A stretch of DNA of 64,000 bases. Source: Deltaproteobacteria bacterium. GTDB lineage: Bacteria; Desulfobacterota; DSM-4660; Desulfatiglandales; Desulfatiglandaceae. The notes under the pieces were generated by a model. That model was not told the origin of the DNA. It saw only the letters and a program-made list of their open reading frames with translations, and did no database searches. The position numbers and the translations under genes were made by a program. Positions 1-9,750 of this stretch are shown here, piece by piece. Each line of letters opens with the position of its first letter. Within the stretch, counting starts at the first letter, position 1. The stretch is taken from positions 8,674 to 72,673 of the forward strand of contig JAFDGR010000002.1 of assembly GCA_019309145.1 (NCBI GenBank). The letters run 5' to 3'.

Positions 1-1065
1 ATCACCCGGAACAGGAAAAAGATAAAGGTGGGAAGGGTGGTCCGCATGCATGCTGATGAGATGGAAGATATCGACCGGGCCGGCGCCGGCGAAATCGTGG
101 CGCTTTTCGGAGTGGACTGTTACTCCGGGGATACCTTTACGGACGGGCAGGTGAATTACAGCATGTCCACCATGTTTGTCCCTGAGCCGGTCATTTCCAT
201 GACCATCGTCCCATCCGATAACAAGGCCCAGGGGAACATGTCCAAGGCTTTGAACCGGTTTACGCGTGAAGACCCCACATTCCGAACTTACGTGGACCAA
301 GAATCCGGTGAAACCATTATATCAGGCATGGGCGAACTCCACCTGGATGTCTATGTGGAGAGGATGAAAAGAGAATTTAGTGCAGACGTGGTAACCGGCA
401 TCCCGCAGGTGGCCTACCGGGAGACCATTACCGCGAAGGCCGGGTTTGATTACACGCACAAGAAACAGACCGGAGGAGCAGGCCAGTTCGGGCGGGTCGC
501 CGGGTTCATGGAGCCTTCCAGGGATGGTTCCTACGTCTTCGTGAACGAGGTAAAGGGGGGCGCGATTCCCACTGAGTTCATTCCGTCTGTTGACAAAGGT
601 TTTCAGTCCTGCCTGAAGAAGGGTGCTTTGCTGGGTTTTCCCGTTGTGGGCATGCAGATAACGGTGAATGACGGAAAGGCCCACAGTGTAGACTCATCTG
701 AACGGGCTTTTACACAGGCTGCCGTGGGAGCATTCCGCCAGGCATACAACAAGGCCCGTCCGATCATCCTGGAACCCATCATGAAGGTATCCATTGAGTG
801 CCCTTCCGAGTTCCAGGGAAATGTAATGGCCTCCATCAATCAGCGGAGGGGACTCATTATGAGTTCTGCTGAAGACGGTGCTTTCAGCGCCATAGACGCT
901 GAGGTTCCCTTGGCGGAGATGTTTGGATATGCCACCGTCCTGCGGTCACTGACCCAGGGAAAAGGCGAATTTACCATGGAGTTTTCTAAATACGCAAAGG
1001 TCCCCGAATCCATTGCGGAAGATCTCAAACGGGAATTCAGGGAGAAGGAAAAGGGAGGAAAATAA
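1..1065 (+). CDS. fusA: Elongation factor G-family translational GTPase, C-terminal ~350 aa (5' end outside window)
   Basis: The frame is open to base 1. [47 protein letters not shown] and [19 protein letters not shown] are EF-G domain III-V signatures. Stop TAA at 1063-1065. Confidence 0.85.
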   Translation: MTRNRKKIKVGRVVRMHADEMEDIDRAGAGEIVALFGVDCYSGDTFTDGQVNYSMSTMFVPEPVISMTIVPSDNKAQGNMSKALNRFTREDPTFRTYVDQESGETIISGMGELHLDVYVERMKREFSADVVTGIPQVAYRETITAKAGFDYTHKKQTGGAGQFGRVAGFMEPSRDGSYVFVNEVKGGAIPTEFIPSVDKGFQSCLKKGALLGFPVVGMQITVNDGKAHSVDSSERAFTQAAVGAFRQAYNKARPIILEPIMKVSIECPSEFQGNVMASINQRRGLIMSSAEDGAFSAIDAEVPLAEMFGYATVLRSLTQGKGEFTMEFSKYAKVPESIAEDLKREFREKEKGGK

Positions 1066-1066
1066 T

Positions 1067-1768
1067 ATGGAAAGATTCATTTCGGTGAGCCCGCTGAAAC
1101 TGTTGGAAAAATCCTCCCGGAAAGCACTGGGCCCGGGAAATCTGGGTGTCCTGATCGCCAGGGCGGGAGTCGGAAAAACCGCCTGCCTCATCCATATCGC
1201 ATTTGATCGTATCTTTCGCGGTGAAAAACTGGTGCATGTCTCTCTTGATGAGACACCCGAAAAGGTGACGTCCTATTACAATGTCATCCTGTACGATCTT
1301 GTCAAGGCGCTGGATATGGAGGATGAATATGAGCTCAGGGGCCGCATCGATCGAAACAGGCTGATCCTGGCTTATTTGAACCAGAGCTTTTCATTGGAGC
1401 GCTTGCGCGCCAATCTGGAAAACCTGGCCAAGAATATGGACTTCAAGCCGGACTGCCTCATCGTGGATGGTATGGATTGCAAAGCGGCTTCAAGAGAACT
1501 CTTTGGAGAATTCAAGCAACTCGCAAAATCCGTTGAGGCAGAAATATGGTTTTCCGCCCTTTCCCACCGGCATATCACGGAAACCAATGAACGGGGAATC
1601 CCGTACCCATGCCACGAGGTTGACGATCTCTTCAGCATTATCTTGCAACTGCAACCGGAAACCACGGGAATGCAACTCAGGCTGTTGAAAGACCACGATC
1701 ATCCGAGCATTCCAGATGTGAGTTTGAAATTGGATCCGGGCACCTTTCTTGTGCAGGGCAAGGAGTGA
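1067..1768 (+). CDS. RecA/KaiC/DnaB-C-like single-domain P-loop ATPase
   Basis: ATG lies 1 nt after the EF-G stop, with RBS AAGGGAGGA upstream. Walker A is ARAGVGKT and a Walker B-like CLIVDGMD is present. 233 aa. Confidence 0.5.
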   Translation: MERFISVSPLKLLEKSSRKALGPGNLGVLIARAGVGKTACLIHIAFDRIFRGEKLVHVSLDETPEKVTSYYNVILYDLVKALDMEDEYELRGRIDRNRLILAYLNQSFSLERLRANLENLAKNMDFKPDCLIVDGMDCKAASRELFGEFKQLAKSVEAEIWFSALSHRHITETNERGIPYPCHEVDDLFSIILQLQPETTGMQLRLLKDHDHPSIPDVSLKLDPGTFLVQGKE

Positions 1769-1795
1769 AGAAAGGACGAAGACTGCAAGGAGATA

Positions 1796-3319
1796 TCAGG
1801 CATCCATATCTGTGGTGGACAGGTGCGTTTCTTCATCCAGGAAAGGGGTGAAAAAGATCAGGATCATGCCGGGGACGGATGCCACGAAGCTGATGCCGAA
1901 GAACCACCCGTAGCCGAGCCACTGGGCGAGAAAGCCGCTCATGACGCCGGAAAGCACGCCGCTGATATTCATGAGGCCGGTACCGATGGCATAGTGGGCC
2001 GCCTTAAATGCGGGCAGACAGGTCCGCATCAGGAAGGTGATCAAAACCGCGGTCCCCAGTCCTCCCGCAAACTGATCAAACGCGTGGACCGAGGCGACGA
2101 GGAAGAGATTGAAAGAGCCGATGGGCGTAGGAACCGAGGCGCCTGTGTTCATGGTTACATAGCCGTTCAGGGCCAATGCCAGGATCATGTAAATGAGATT
2201 TGTCAGGTTTTGGGCAAGCAGAAACGGCCAGATAGTCCTCCTCAGGCCATAACGGGCGATAAACCAACCTCCGAGCATGGCCCCGACAATGGAGAAAGGC
2301 AGACCCACCCCACCGGAAATCCATCCATAGTGGAGTTTTATGCCGAGGTCAACCAGAAACGGGGATACCATGGAGGCAAGCATGGATTCACCGGTTCTCA
2401 TTAAAATGATAAATGCCAGGGCCATCCCCATTTTTTCCCTGTCCATGTACGCCAGAAAGGCCCTTGAGTAAAAGGCATCCGGATTCCTGAAAAGGGATTG
2501 CTTGATGTAGTTCCTGAACAATGCCATGAGTGCCAGGAGGACCAGGAGTGCGATTCCGATCCAGCCGGACACACGGATGCGGCCAAGAAAAGGAAGATGG
2601 CTTTTCAGGTTTTCATACCATCCGTAAGACATGCTCCACCGCAGGGCAAAAATGATGAGTCCTATCAGCACCAACGTGAGGGAACGTTTCAGGCGCAAAA
2701 GCGGGCTGATGCACTGGTGGATGGGCCGCAGGGGTGTTTCCACCCTGGGCAGGAGAAAAAAGTGATACATGAACAAAACACCAAGCATTCCGGCCGCAGA
2801 GAGGTAGGCCAGACGCCAGGTGGATACGGCGCCGATGGTAACCACGATGCCGGTTCCGGTCATCATGGCGATCCGATAGGCCATGACCCGGTATCCCACG
2901 AACCGGGCCTGGTTTTTCTTGTCCAGCGCTTCCATGTAGTAGCCGTCTATGGCCATGTCGTGGGTTGCGGCAATGATAGACCCGACAAAGAAGAAGACAG
3001 CGATATATCGGATCATTTGTGGAAAGGGAGTGAGCAGGGCGACCAGAAGAAAAAGCAGGACCAGCAGTCCCTGAGTATTCAGGAGCCATCGGCGCTTGGT
3101 GCCAAACTGGTCAATCTGGGGTCCCCAGAGGAACTTGAGGACCCAGGGCAACCCGAAAAGAGAGGTGAGCCCGATAGCCTCAAGGCTGACCTTCATGTCG
3201 CGAAAAAAGACAGACGACACGATGCGGATCAAGGTATACGGAAATCCTTCGGCAAAGTAGGTGGTGAACGCCCACACGTGGGGGGTCTGGAGATTCTTTT
3301 TGTTGAGGATTTCCGGCAT
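1796..3319 (-). CDS. ampG: MFS transporter, AmpG-like (muropeptide / lysolipid type)
   Basis: 507-aa polytopic ORF. The N-terminus FAEGFPYTLIRIVSSVFFRD...LKFLWGPQIDQFGTKRRW resembles the AmpG family. Confidence 0.6.
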   Translation of the reverse strand: MPEILNKKNLQTPHVWAFTTYFAEGFPYTLIRIVSSVFFRDMKVSLEAIGLTSLFGLPWVLKFLWGPQIDQFGTKRRWLLNTQGLLVLLFLLVALLTPFPQMIRYIAVFFFVGSIIAATHDMAIDGYYMEALDKKNQARFVGYRVMAYRIAMMTGTGIVVTIGAVSTWRLAYLSAAGMLGVLFMYHFFLLPRVETPLRPIHQCISPLLRLKRSLTLVLIGLIIFALRWSMSYGWYENLKSHLPFLGRIRVSGWIGIALLVLLALMALFRNYIKQSLFRNPDAFYSRAFLAYMDREKMGMALAFIILMRTGESMLASMVSPFLVDLGIKLHYGWISGGVGLPFSIVGAMLGGWFIARYGLRRTIWPFLLAQNLTNLIYMILALALNGYVTMNTGASVPTPIGSFNLFLVASVHAFDQFAGGLGTAVLITFLMRTCLPAFKAAHYAIGTGLMNISGVLSGVMSGFLAQWLGYGWFFGISFVASVPGMILIFFTPFLDEETHLSTTDMDA

Positions 3320-3500
3320 ATTTGTCTTTCATAGCCGGGAAAGCCTGCGGGATCAACAAAATTCGTGTCGTAATCCTTCCTTGACTTTGTGATGAGTCTG
3401 GGGGTAAAGGAGTTTGATATTCATCCCTGACAAGATGAATTTTGCGCTGTTGTGCATAGAGACAAGTGACAACCCTTGAGAAAGAAACTGAGGATGATGC

Positions 3501-4400
3501 ATGTTACATGAAACCAAGAAAAGGAAGATAGGCCGGAACGACCCCTGCCCCTGCGGGAGCGGGCTCAAATATAAGAAATGCTGCATGAACAAACCCCGGA
3601 GCAATATGGACCGGGTTGATGTAAAACGCATGTATGCAGAGAAGTACCGGATTCGTCTGAAGGATGCCCAGGATGTGGAGGGGATCAGAAGGGCTGGTCG
3701 GCTGGTGGTGGACACACTGGACCTGGCGGAACGTCATATCAAGCCGGGAATAAAAACAGACGACATAAACAAACTTGTCCATGATTTCACGGTGAAACAT
3801 GGCGCAACGCCCGCTCCGCTCAACTACCGGGGATATCCCAAGAGCGTGTGTGTTTCCGTAAACGAGGTCATCTGTCATGGCATTCCGAGTGACCGGGTCC
3901 TGAAGGACGGTGATATTGTGAACGTGGACGTCACTTCCATTTTGAACGGCTATTATGCCGACGCCAGCAAGACCTTTTTTGTGGGGAAAGCGGGGGCGGA
4001 CGCGAAAAAGATCGTTGTGGTCGCCCGGGGCAGTCTCAAGGTGGGCCTCCGGCAGGTGAGACCGGGAAACACGATTGGTGATATCGGCTGGGCCATCCAG
4101 CAATACGCGGAAGGAGAAGGCTGCTCGGTCGTGCGGGAGTTCGTCGGCCACGGGGTTGGCTTTGATTTTCATGAACCGCCCCAGGTGCCCCACTACGGCC
4201 GGAAGGGGGAAGGGGTCCCCCTTGTTCCCGGCATGGTGTTCACGATCGAACCCATGATAAACCTGGGCAGGAAAGATCTCTATGTCCTGGATGACAACTG
4301 GACCGCCGTGACCGAGGACGGATCGCTTTCCGCACAATTCGAGCAGACCGTCCTGGTAACCGATACGGGGTATGAAAGCCTCACACCCTATGAGCTTTGA
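3501..4400 (+). CDS. map: Type I methionine aminopeptidase with N-terminal SEC-C zinc motif
   Basis: [13 protein letters not shown] near the N-terminus. The Map core shows VCHGIP, DIVNVDV, FVGHGVG and FTIEPM. Confidence 0.9.
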   Translation: MLHETKKRKIGRNDPCPCGSGLKYKKCCMNKPRSNMDRVDVKRMYAEKYRIRLKDAQDVEGIRRAGRLVVDTLDLAERHIKPGIKTDDINKLVHDFTVKHGATPAPLNYRGYPKSVCVSVNEVICHGIPSDRVLKDGDIVNVDVTSILNGYYADASKTFFVGKAGADAKKIVVVARGSLKVGLRQVRPGNTIGDIGWAIQQYAEGEGCSVVREFVGHGVGFDFHEPPQVPHYGRKGEGVPLVPGMVFTIEPMINLGRKDLYVLDDNWTAVTEDGSLSAQFEQTVLVTDTGYESLTPYEL

Positions 4401-4425
4401 TCAACATTCCCGCATGGTGTGAAGG

Positions 4426-5343
4426 ATGCCTTTTTACCAGCGCATCATCCGGAGAGCCCTTGACTTGGGTTTTATTGCGGTCGGTTTTTGCCGCTCAGGT
4501 CCGCCACCATTTCTTGCAGAGTACAACCGCTGGATAGACGCCGGCAAGTACGGGGAGATGAAATGGCTTCAGGGCCACAGACATCTGAAGGCTGATCCGG
4601 GAGCTGTCCTTAACGACTGTGAAACTATTATCTCTTTAGCATATCCCTATCCTTCCAAGAAGCCCGGTACTCCCGACGGGTTTACCACCGCCCGGTATAC
4701 GAATCCCGAGAGCCGGGATTACCATGAAGCGATCAAGGAAAGAGCACGACCTCTCGTGGCTCTCATCTCCGGGGAATATCCAGGAGAGCGTTCTCGTATC
4801 TGCGTAGATTCAGCCCCCCTCCTTGAGCGTGGCATTGCCTATGCCTCGGGCATTGGTTTTATTGGGAAGAACAATATGCTCATCAGGCCCGGGCACGGCT
4901 CGTATCTGTTCCTGGCTGAAGTGCTTACCACCGCCCTGTTCCCCATTCCGGCGCGGAAACCGCTGGTGAGCATGTGTGGCACGTGCAGTCGATGCATCGA
5001 GGCATGCCCCACCGGCGCCCTTGAAAGACCGTTTCTCCTGGATGCGGGAAAATGCCTCTCCTATCTCACCATCGAAAAAAAAGGCCCCATCGATGTTGAG
5101 ACAGGGAAGAAAATGGGAAGATGTTTTTTTGGATGCGATGTATGCCAGGAAGTGTGTCCGTTCAATCCGGGCCCCGTCGAAACCATAGAAAGCCTGCCTT
5201 CAATTGACCAAATTCTCCACATGGATGAGGAGATCTTTGAAAATCGGTTCGGAAAAACTGCCTTTGCCAGAGCCGGCCTGGAAAAGATCAAGAGGAATAT
5301 CATGGCCCTGAGGGAGGCCCGTGGGGGCGGGTATCAGGGATGA
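4426..5343 (+). CDS. queG: Epoxyqueuosine reductase (tRNA queuosine biosynthesis)
   Basis: Two ferredoxin-type motifs, CGTCSRCIEACPTGAL and CDVCQEVCPFN. The N-terminus LGFIAVGF...W...GKYGEMKWL is typical of QueG. Confidence 0.8.
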   Translation: MPFYQRIIRRALDLGFIAVGFCRSGPPPFLAEYNRWIDAGKYGEMKWLQGHRHLKADPGAVLNDCETIISLAYPYPSKKPGTPDGFTTARYTNPESRDYHEAIKERARPLVALISGEYPGERSRICVDSAPLLERGIAYASGIGFIGKNNMLIRPGHGSYLFLAEVLTTALFPIPARKPLVSMCGTCSRCIEACPTGALERPFLLDAGKCLSYLTIEKKGPIDVETGKKMGRCFFGCDVCQEVCPFNPGPVETIESLPSIDQILHMDEEIFENRFGKTAFARAGLEKIKRNIMALREARGGGYQG

Positions 5344-5552
5344 GCAAACCCTGCGTTTCACAGTTTCTCGTGCATTTGCGATGGATAAAATCCGAAATAC
5401 GAATATCGAATTACAAACGAAAGGGCTGAAGAGTATTTCTGTAACGCATTGTTCGCAGAATGTTTTGGTCATTTGAATTTTTGTTATTAGATATTGTTTC
5501 GAGTTTCGATATTCGAATTTTCTTCTTGGTCAGCTTGCGTGTGTTTGACGCA

Positions 5553-6395
5553 TCAGGCAGGGAGGTGTCTTTCCACAAAGGCGTGAAGGGCGTCCGGGTA
5601 GACGGGGTCCAGGCTGGAGCTGCTGTGGTCTGACCCCAGAGACACAAAGAGTTCAGCCCGTCCAGGCGGAAAGCTGTCCCGCAGCCTCCAGGCGTGATGG
5701 AGCGGAAAATTCTGGTCCCGCCCACCATGGATAATCAGGACGGGGAGATCTATGGATGGAGCCAGCCTGACCGGGCTCACCGTGTCCAGCCGGAACCGGT
5801 AGAAGATGTCCATCCACAGGAGCACCATGGGCGCAAAAACAGGGCCAAGAAAACGGTTTTGATTCCGGTAAAGCGAGAACATGGCCTCCCTGGTCCGTGC
5901 GTAACATCCTTCCAGAAAAAGGAGTCGAATCTGTGCTGTCCTTCTGCTCGCGGCAATGACCGCGGCTGCGGCACCGATGGAATGGCCGTATAGCAGGACC
6001 GGCTCACCGATCCAGTCCATGACCGTTTCTATATCCTCGGCAAACCGGAAGGCATTCATGCGTCGTTTTTTGGATGACTTCCCATGATCCCTGGCGCTGT
6101 GCAGGACGGTAGTGAACCCCATCTGCCCGAACACCCTTGCCCTCCCCACCATCCTGTCCCTGTTGCGGCTCCATCCGTGGGCCAGGAGGACTGTCCCCCG
6201 TGATTTTCCCTCCGGGTCAATGCGCCACACTTCCAGTTCCCCACCGTCTTCTGCAGGAATCCTGGTGTCAATAAGATGGCCCCAGTCCGGGCGATCCGCC
6301 ACCGGCTCGCGGGGGACTTGATGAACAAGATAGGTCAGGACAAGGGTTGCCACCAGGTAGAGGGCTATAATGATAAGAAAAGCATGAAAAATCAT
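5553..6395 (-). CDS. Alpha/beta-fold hydrolase with N-terminal membrane anchor
   Basis: N-terminal hydrophobic helix, HGWSRNR oxyanion region and nucleophile elbow GHSIGA. 280 aa. Confidence 0.7.
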   Translation of the reverse strand: MIFHAFLIIIALYLVATLVLTYLVHQVPREPVADRPDWGHLIDTRIPAEDGGELEVWRIDPEGKSRGTVLLAHGWSRNRDRMVGRARVFGQMGFTTVLHSARDHGKSSKKRRMNAFRFAEDIETVMDWIGEPVLLYGHSIGAAAAVIAASRRTAQIRLLFLEGCYARTREAMFSLYRNQNRFLGPVFAPMVLLWMDIFYRFRLDTVSPVRLAPSIDLPVLIIHGGRDQNFPLHHAWRLRDSFPPGRAELFVSLGSDHSSSSLDPVYPDALHAFVERHLPA

Positions 6396-6511
6396 ATCAG
6401 TCTAGCTTCATTCTCGCTCATCAGCAATCCAGTTCCGCGGGAGACTCGGAATCGAAGGAAAAAGGGCAGAGCCTGCAATATGCAAATGCCTCTTTTTCTT
6501 GCAAGTACGCT

Positions 6512-9316
6512 TTAGTCGGATGAACCTATTTTTTCGACTCTGACCTTGATATATTTCAAGAGAGGTGTGCCTCCTATATCTTCAGCGGTGTCAGGCTTCA
6601 TGATCCCTGCCGCGTTCATTCCACCGAAATGGGGATATTTGGGATCACCTTCCAGTCCTCTTGCATGCCCGAATCCGCCAGCGGCACCAAGGACCCCCCG
6701 CATGATTGACCAGGTCGTTTGGGCTTTCATCTCAATTGCACCCCATGGAGACTTGAGCAATACCTTTTCGCCATTGTTGATTCCCAGTTCGCTGGCATCA
6801 AGCATGTTGATCCACAAAGTGTTGGTCCCTACCATTTTCATGAGTTGATAATTGCTAAAGGTGGATGAATGCTCATGTTCGTAAAGCCGGAAGTTTCCAA
6901 ACACAAAAGGATACTCACTGTCGGGCATGAGGTCTTTTGCCGGTTCTTTGTAATCTGGTAGAGGATCAAGCCCCTTTTCCTGCGCAACGGGGTTTATGAA
7001 GTTGTACTTTCCAGTCTTACTCTTGCCTGAGGACCCGTAGCCATCGGGAGGATTGATAGATTCCCACCTCTTGTATTTGTAATAGGCTGCTTCATCAGTG
7101 ATAATAAAACCCTTTTCTTTGAGTTCTCCAAAAGACCATGGAGTCCCTTGCAGTTGGTTACGAAAGGCATCTTCAATATCCTCCCACGGAAAATAGTGGC
7201 CAAGCCCGAGTCTCTTTGCCAGTTCAACAGTTATTTTCCACATGGGCTTGGTATCATACATAGGTTTGACAACCTCGGCGAAATATCCAATGAAGGCCTC
7301 ATAAAGCCAGTCAGGTTTCACCTGACTCTGTTCCAACCAGGTGGAATCGGGGAGAATAACATCACACAAAAGCGCGCTGTTGCACATATATGCCTCAATA
7401 GCTGCTTTGAATTCCATCAGTTCAATAGCCTTTGTGGTTGCTTGTTGATTCCCCCATGATAAAACAGGATCACCAAAATATATGATCAATCCTTTTAGTT
7501 TCCCGGCTTTCACATCTGACAAAACAAGCGCGGGCGCCCATCCGCTCCAGATGCCGAAAGTATCAAGCTTGGGTGCTGGTTTTTCGGGAGGCTTTTCTTG
7601 CCCATCTCCCCATGGGGATTTCAGTTTTCGCTTAAATGGCAAAGAAGGGCCTCCAGGGGCGTCAAAGGTCCCGCAAAGCCCGTTCAATGCTTGTATTGCT
7701 GCAGTACTATACATACCGTTAGGCACTTGTGCGAGCCCGGTCCATGATGCGGTACCCTTGTTTTTTGATTTCGCAAATTCAATGGCAATTCGCTCAATTG
7801 TTTCAGCGGGAACACCGCTTATTTTGGATGCCCACTCAGGACTCCTGACGATGCCGTCTTCGTCTCCCAAGACTCTTTTTTTGAATTCTTCAAATCCGTG
7901 TGTCCAATTTTCTACGAAGTCTCTATCATAGAGATTGTTCTTTATGATGACGTAACACATTGCCATGGCTACAGCGCCATCCGTAGCCGGTTTTATAGGG
8001 ATCCATTCTGTGGCAGCGGCCGCTGTTTCAGATCTCCTGGGATCGAAAACGACGAGTTTGGCGCCTTTTTTTATTGCGGCCTTGAGCTGTGCGGTTTTCC
8101 TTTGTCCATAAGAACTCGCAAACTCGTTCATGCCAAAATGGAGAATATAGTCTGAATCCTCGTAATTGATCCATGGCCTCTTATCGCAAAGGTTATGTTC
8201 ATTGGCCATACGATTGGAGTTGTCACACATTGGTCGATGTGTGGTCTTGGGACATCCGAAATGGGCAAATAACGCTTCATGTATCCAGTTTATGAAATCG
8301 TTGCCTCGGAAATAACCGAGTTTTCCCTCTTCTATGTTTTGAATGCCGTTGGCTACTTTATCCAAAGCCTCGTCCCACGATGCCTTGCGAAATCTCCCAT
8401 TTTCTTTGATAAGGGGGGCCTTGAGTCGATACGCAGAATAAAGGTGTTTTGCCGCAGAGCCTCCTTTTGGGCAGAGCCTGCCGCCTCCTTTTGGATCACC
8501 ATTGAGTCCGGAAGTGCCGACGAGGATGCCGTCTTTTAATTTTGCAGTCATTCCACACAAAGCACCACACGTATAGCAGTGGGTTGGTACCTGCTTGTCG
8601 GGGAGCGGTTCTTCTGAGCCTTCAGCAAGTGTGGCGTAGGCCGAGTCAAGGTTCAGGGAATCAACCGCAAGCATCAATTCTTCAACCGTTTCCTCGCCTC
8701 TGCTGAAACCCTCAAGCCTCAGGCTTTCGCACATCATCGCCCCCCGGATGAAATGGGCCAGTCCTTGATAGAAATCGGTCTTTGTGGACGCTGCAAGTTG
8801 GTCACAGAATGAAGATACCCATTTGCAGTATTTATTTTTGAAAAAATCTCTATAAAGATCACCGTTTCCTTTTTCGAGCAAGTAACGCAGGAATTCCATC
8901 TCAACCGCAATATGTTCTTCAAGATCCTTAAAATTGGGTGATTTATGCACGCCCGCCTTGCGGAAAAATTCCCGGAGTTCAAATACCGGGTCTTGCATGA
9001 CCACCGGTTTTCCGGTGATGTGCACGGATTCATACGGAAAAACAGGATTTGGGCCGGCATTCAAAAACATGTCCGCGTAATCGTAACGCAGATAGTTAAA
9101 AAGGCTCTGAGTGTCATTGCTTTTGAGACACCTCGTTATCACCTCTGCCCCGTTTATGATATCGAGAAAGCCGCATCCTTTTACGGATTCTTTGAAGCTC
9201 TCGATGAATTTTTCTCTCTGCATGGCGGCAATGAGTTCAAGCGGTATCTCATCCCGGAGAAGCGTGGAAAGAAAATGATACCTTTTCGCCCTTGATTTCA
9301 TGTAGTTGTCATCCAT
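6512..9316 (-). CDS. Molybdopterin (bis-MGD) oxidoreductase catalytic subunit fused to an N-terminal TorD/DmsD/NarJ-like chaperone domain
   Basis: aa 1-~205 look TorD-like (YDYADMFLNAGPNPVFPYESV, EEHIAVEMEFLRYLL). Next comes the Fe-S motif HCYTCGALCG...GRLCPKG, a probable Mo-ligand region HRPMCDNS, and a long MopB/beta-barrel C-terminus. There is no RR Tat leader. RBS AAAGGAGGG. Confidence 0.8.
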   Translation of the reverse strand: MDDNYMKSRAKRYHFLSTLLRDEIPLELIAAMQREKFIESFKESVKGCGFLDIINGAEVITRCLKSNDTQSLFNYLRYDYADMFLNAGPNPVFPYESVHITGKPVVMQDPVFELREFFRKAGVHKSPNFKDLEEHIAVEMEFLRYLLEKGNGDLYRDFFKNKYCKWVSSFCDQLAASTKTDFYQGLAHFIRGAMMCESLRLEGFSRGEETVEELMLAVDSLNLDSAYATLAEGSEEPLPDKQVPTHCYTCGALCGMTAKLKDGILVGTSGLNGDPKGGGRLCPKGGSAAKHLYSAYRLKAPLIKENGRFRKASWDEALDKVANGIQNIEEGKLGYFRGNDFINWIHEALFAHFGCPKTTHRPMCDNSNRMANEHNLCDKRPWINYEDSDYILHFGMNEFASSYGQRKTAQLKAAIKKGAKLVVFDPRRSETAAAATEWIPIKPATDGAVAMAMCYVIIKNNLYDRDFVENWTHGFEEFKKRVLGDEDGIVRSPEWASKISGVPAETIERIAIEFAKSKNKGTASWTGLAQVPNGMYSTAAIQALNGLCGTFDAPGGPSLPFKRKLKSPWGDGQEKPPEKPAPKLDTFGIWSGWAPALVLSDVKAGKLKGLIIYFGDPVLSWGNQQATTKAIELMEFKAAIEAYMCNSALLCDVILPDSTWLEQSQVKPDWLYEAFIGYFAEVVKPMYDTKPMWKITVELAKRLGLGHYFPWEDIEDAFRNQLQGTPWSFGELKEKGFIITDEAAYYKYKRWESINPPDGYGSSGKSKTGKYNFINPVAQEKGLDPLPDYKEPAKDLMPDSEYPFVFGNFRLYEHEHSSTFSNYQLMKMVGTNTLWINMLDASELGINNGEKVLLKSPWGAIEMKAQTTWSIMRGVLGAAGGFGHARGLEGDPKYPHFGGMNAAGIMKPDTAEDIGGTPLLKYIKVRVEKIGSSD

Positions 9317-9448
9317 ATTGCTCTGTCCCTCCTTTTGCCTTCCTGATTTACTGGATTTTTTTCAGAAAACAAAGCGTGGCGTACAATGAAATGGTCCCAT
9401 CAGCGTTGCGGGAAAATCATAGTATCTGGATCAGTCAGGGTCAAGGTC

Positions 9449-9480
9449 AAAAAAAACGAAAGAGGGCTTACCCAGCCCTC
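9449..9480 (-). terminator. Intrinsic-terminator-like hairpin inside the 5' leader of the molybdoenzyme gene
   Basis: The minus strand reads GAGGGC-tgggtaa-GCCCTC followed by TTTCGTTTTTTTT. It sits about 135-165 nt upstream of the ATG at 9316. Confidence 0.5.
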
Positions 9481-9526
9481 GTGTGGTAATAGAATACGTC
9501 TTTCTTTGGGCAATGCATTTAATAAC

Positions 9527-9554
9527 TTGACAAGTGAATAAGAACAGATATATT
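9527..9554 (+). promoter_or_regulatory. Candidate sigma-70 promoter for the tauE-like operon
   Basis: TTGACA (9527-9532), 16-nt spacer, TATATT (9549-9554). Confidence 0.35.
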
Positions 9555-9750
9555 CCATTATGACGATATAATTTGATGCGGTAGAAAAGCTGCAAAATGG
9601 AGCATTGGAGGAATAGCAGACATGCATATGTTTTGCTGTGATCATAGAAATGGCTTTTGCCCTGATAGAAGAAGCCATAAATATTGACTATTTTTTTGTC
9701 TTTTTAAATAGCTAAATCGAAATAAGACAATGTTAAAGGAGGGCTTGGCT

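Noticed and set aside
322-1191. Several 60-120-aa ORFs antisense to or overlapping the EF-G gene. Similar shadow ORFs lie opposite most long genes, e.g. 1823-3334, 3504-4337, 19929-20783, 37964-40309, 60003-60959.
   Set aside because: They lie entirely within strongly supported genes on the other strand or frame. They have Arg/Pro/Gly-rich shadow composition, no RBS and no recognisable motifs.
5389-5520. An inverted CGAATATCGAA / TTCGATATTCG pair about 100 bp apart between queG and the hydrolase gene.
   Set aside because: Only 11 bp match perfectly, in an AT-rich spacer. This is insufficient to call a mobile element or structured RNA.
6512-9316. A selenocysteine (in-frame TGA) in the molybdoenzyme, as in many deltaproteobacterial formate dehydrogenases.
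   Set aside because: The ORF is continuous with no internal stop, and the predicted ligand position is a Cys codon.
9317-9729. A Moco riboswitch upstream of the molybdoenzyme gene.
   Set aside because: I transcribed the minus-strand leader and could not find the conserved Moco-motif core as I remember it. Only the terminator hairpin is clear. An Infernal scan is needed to settle it.
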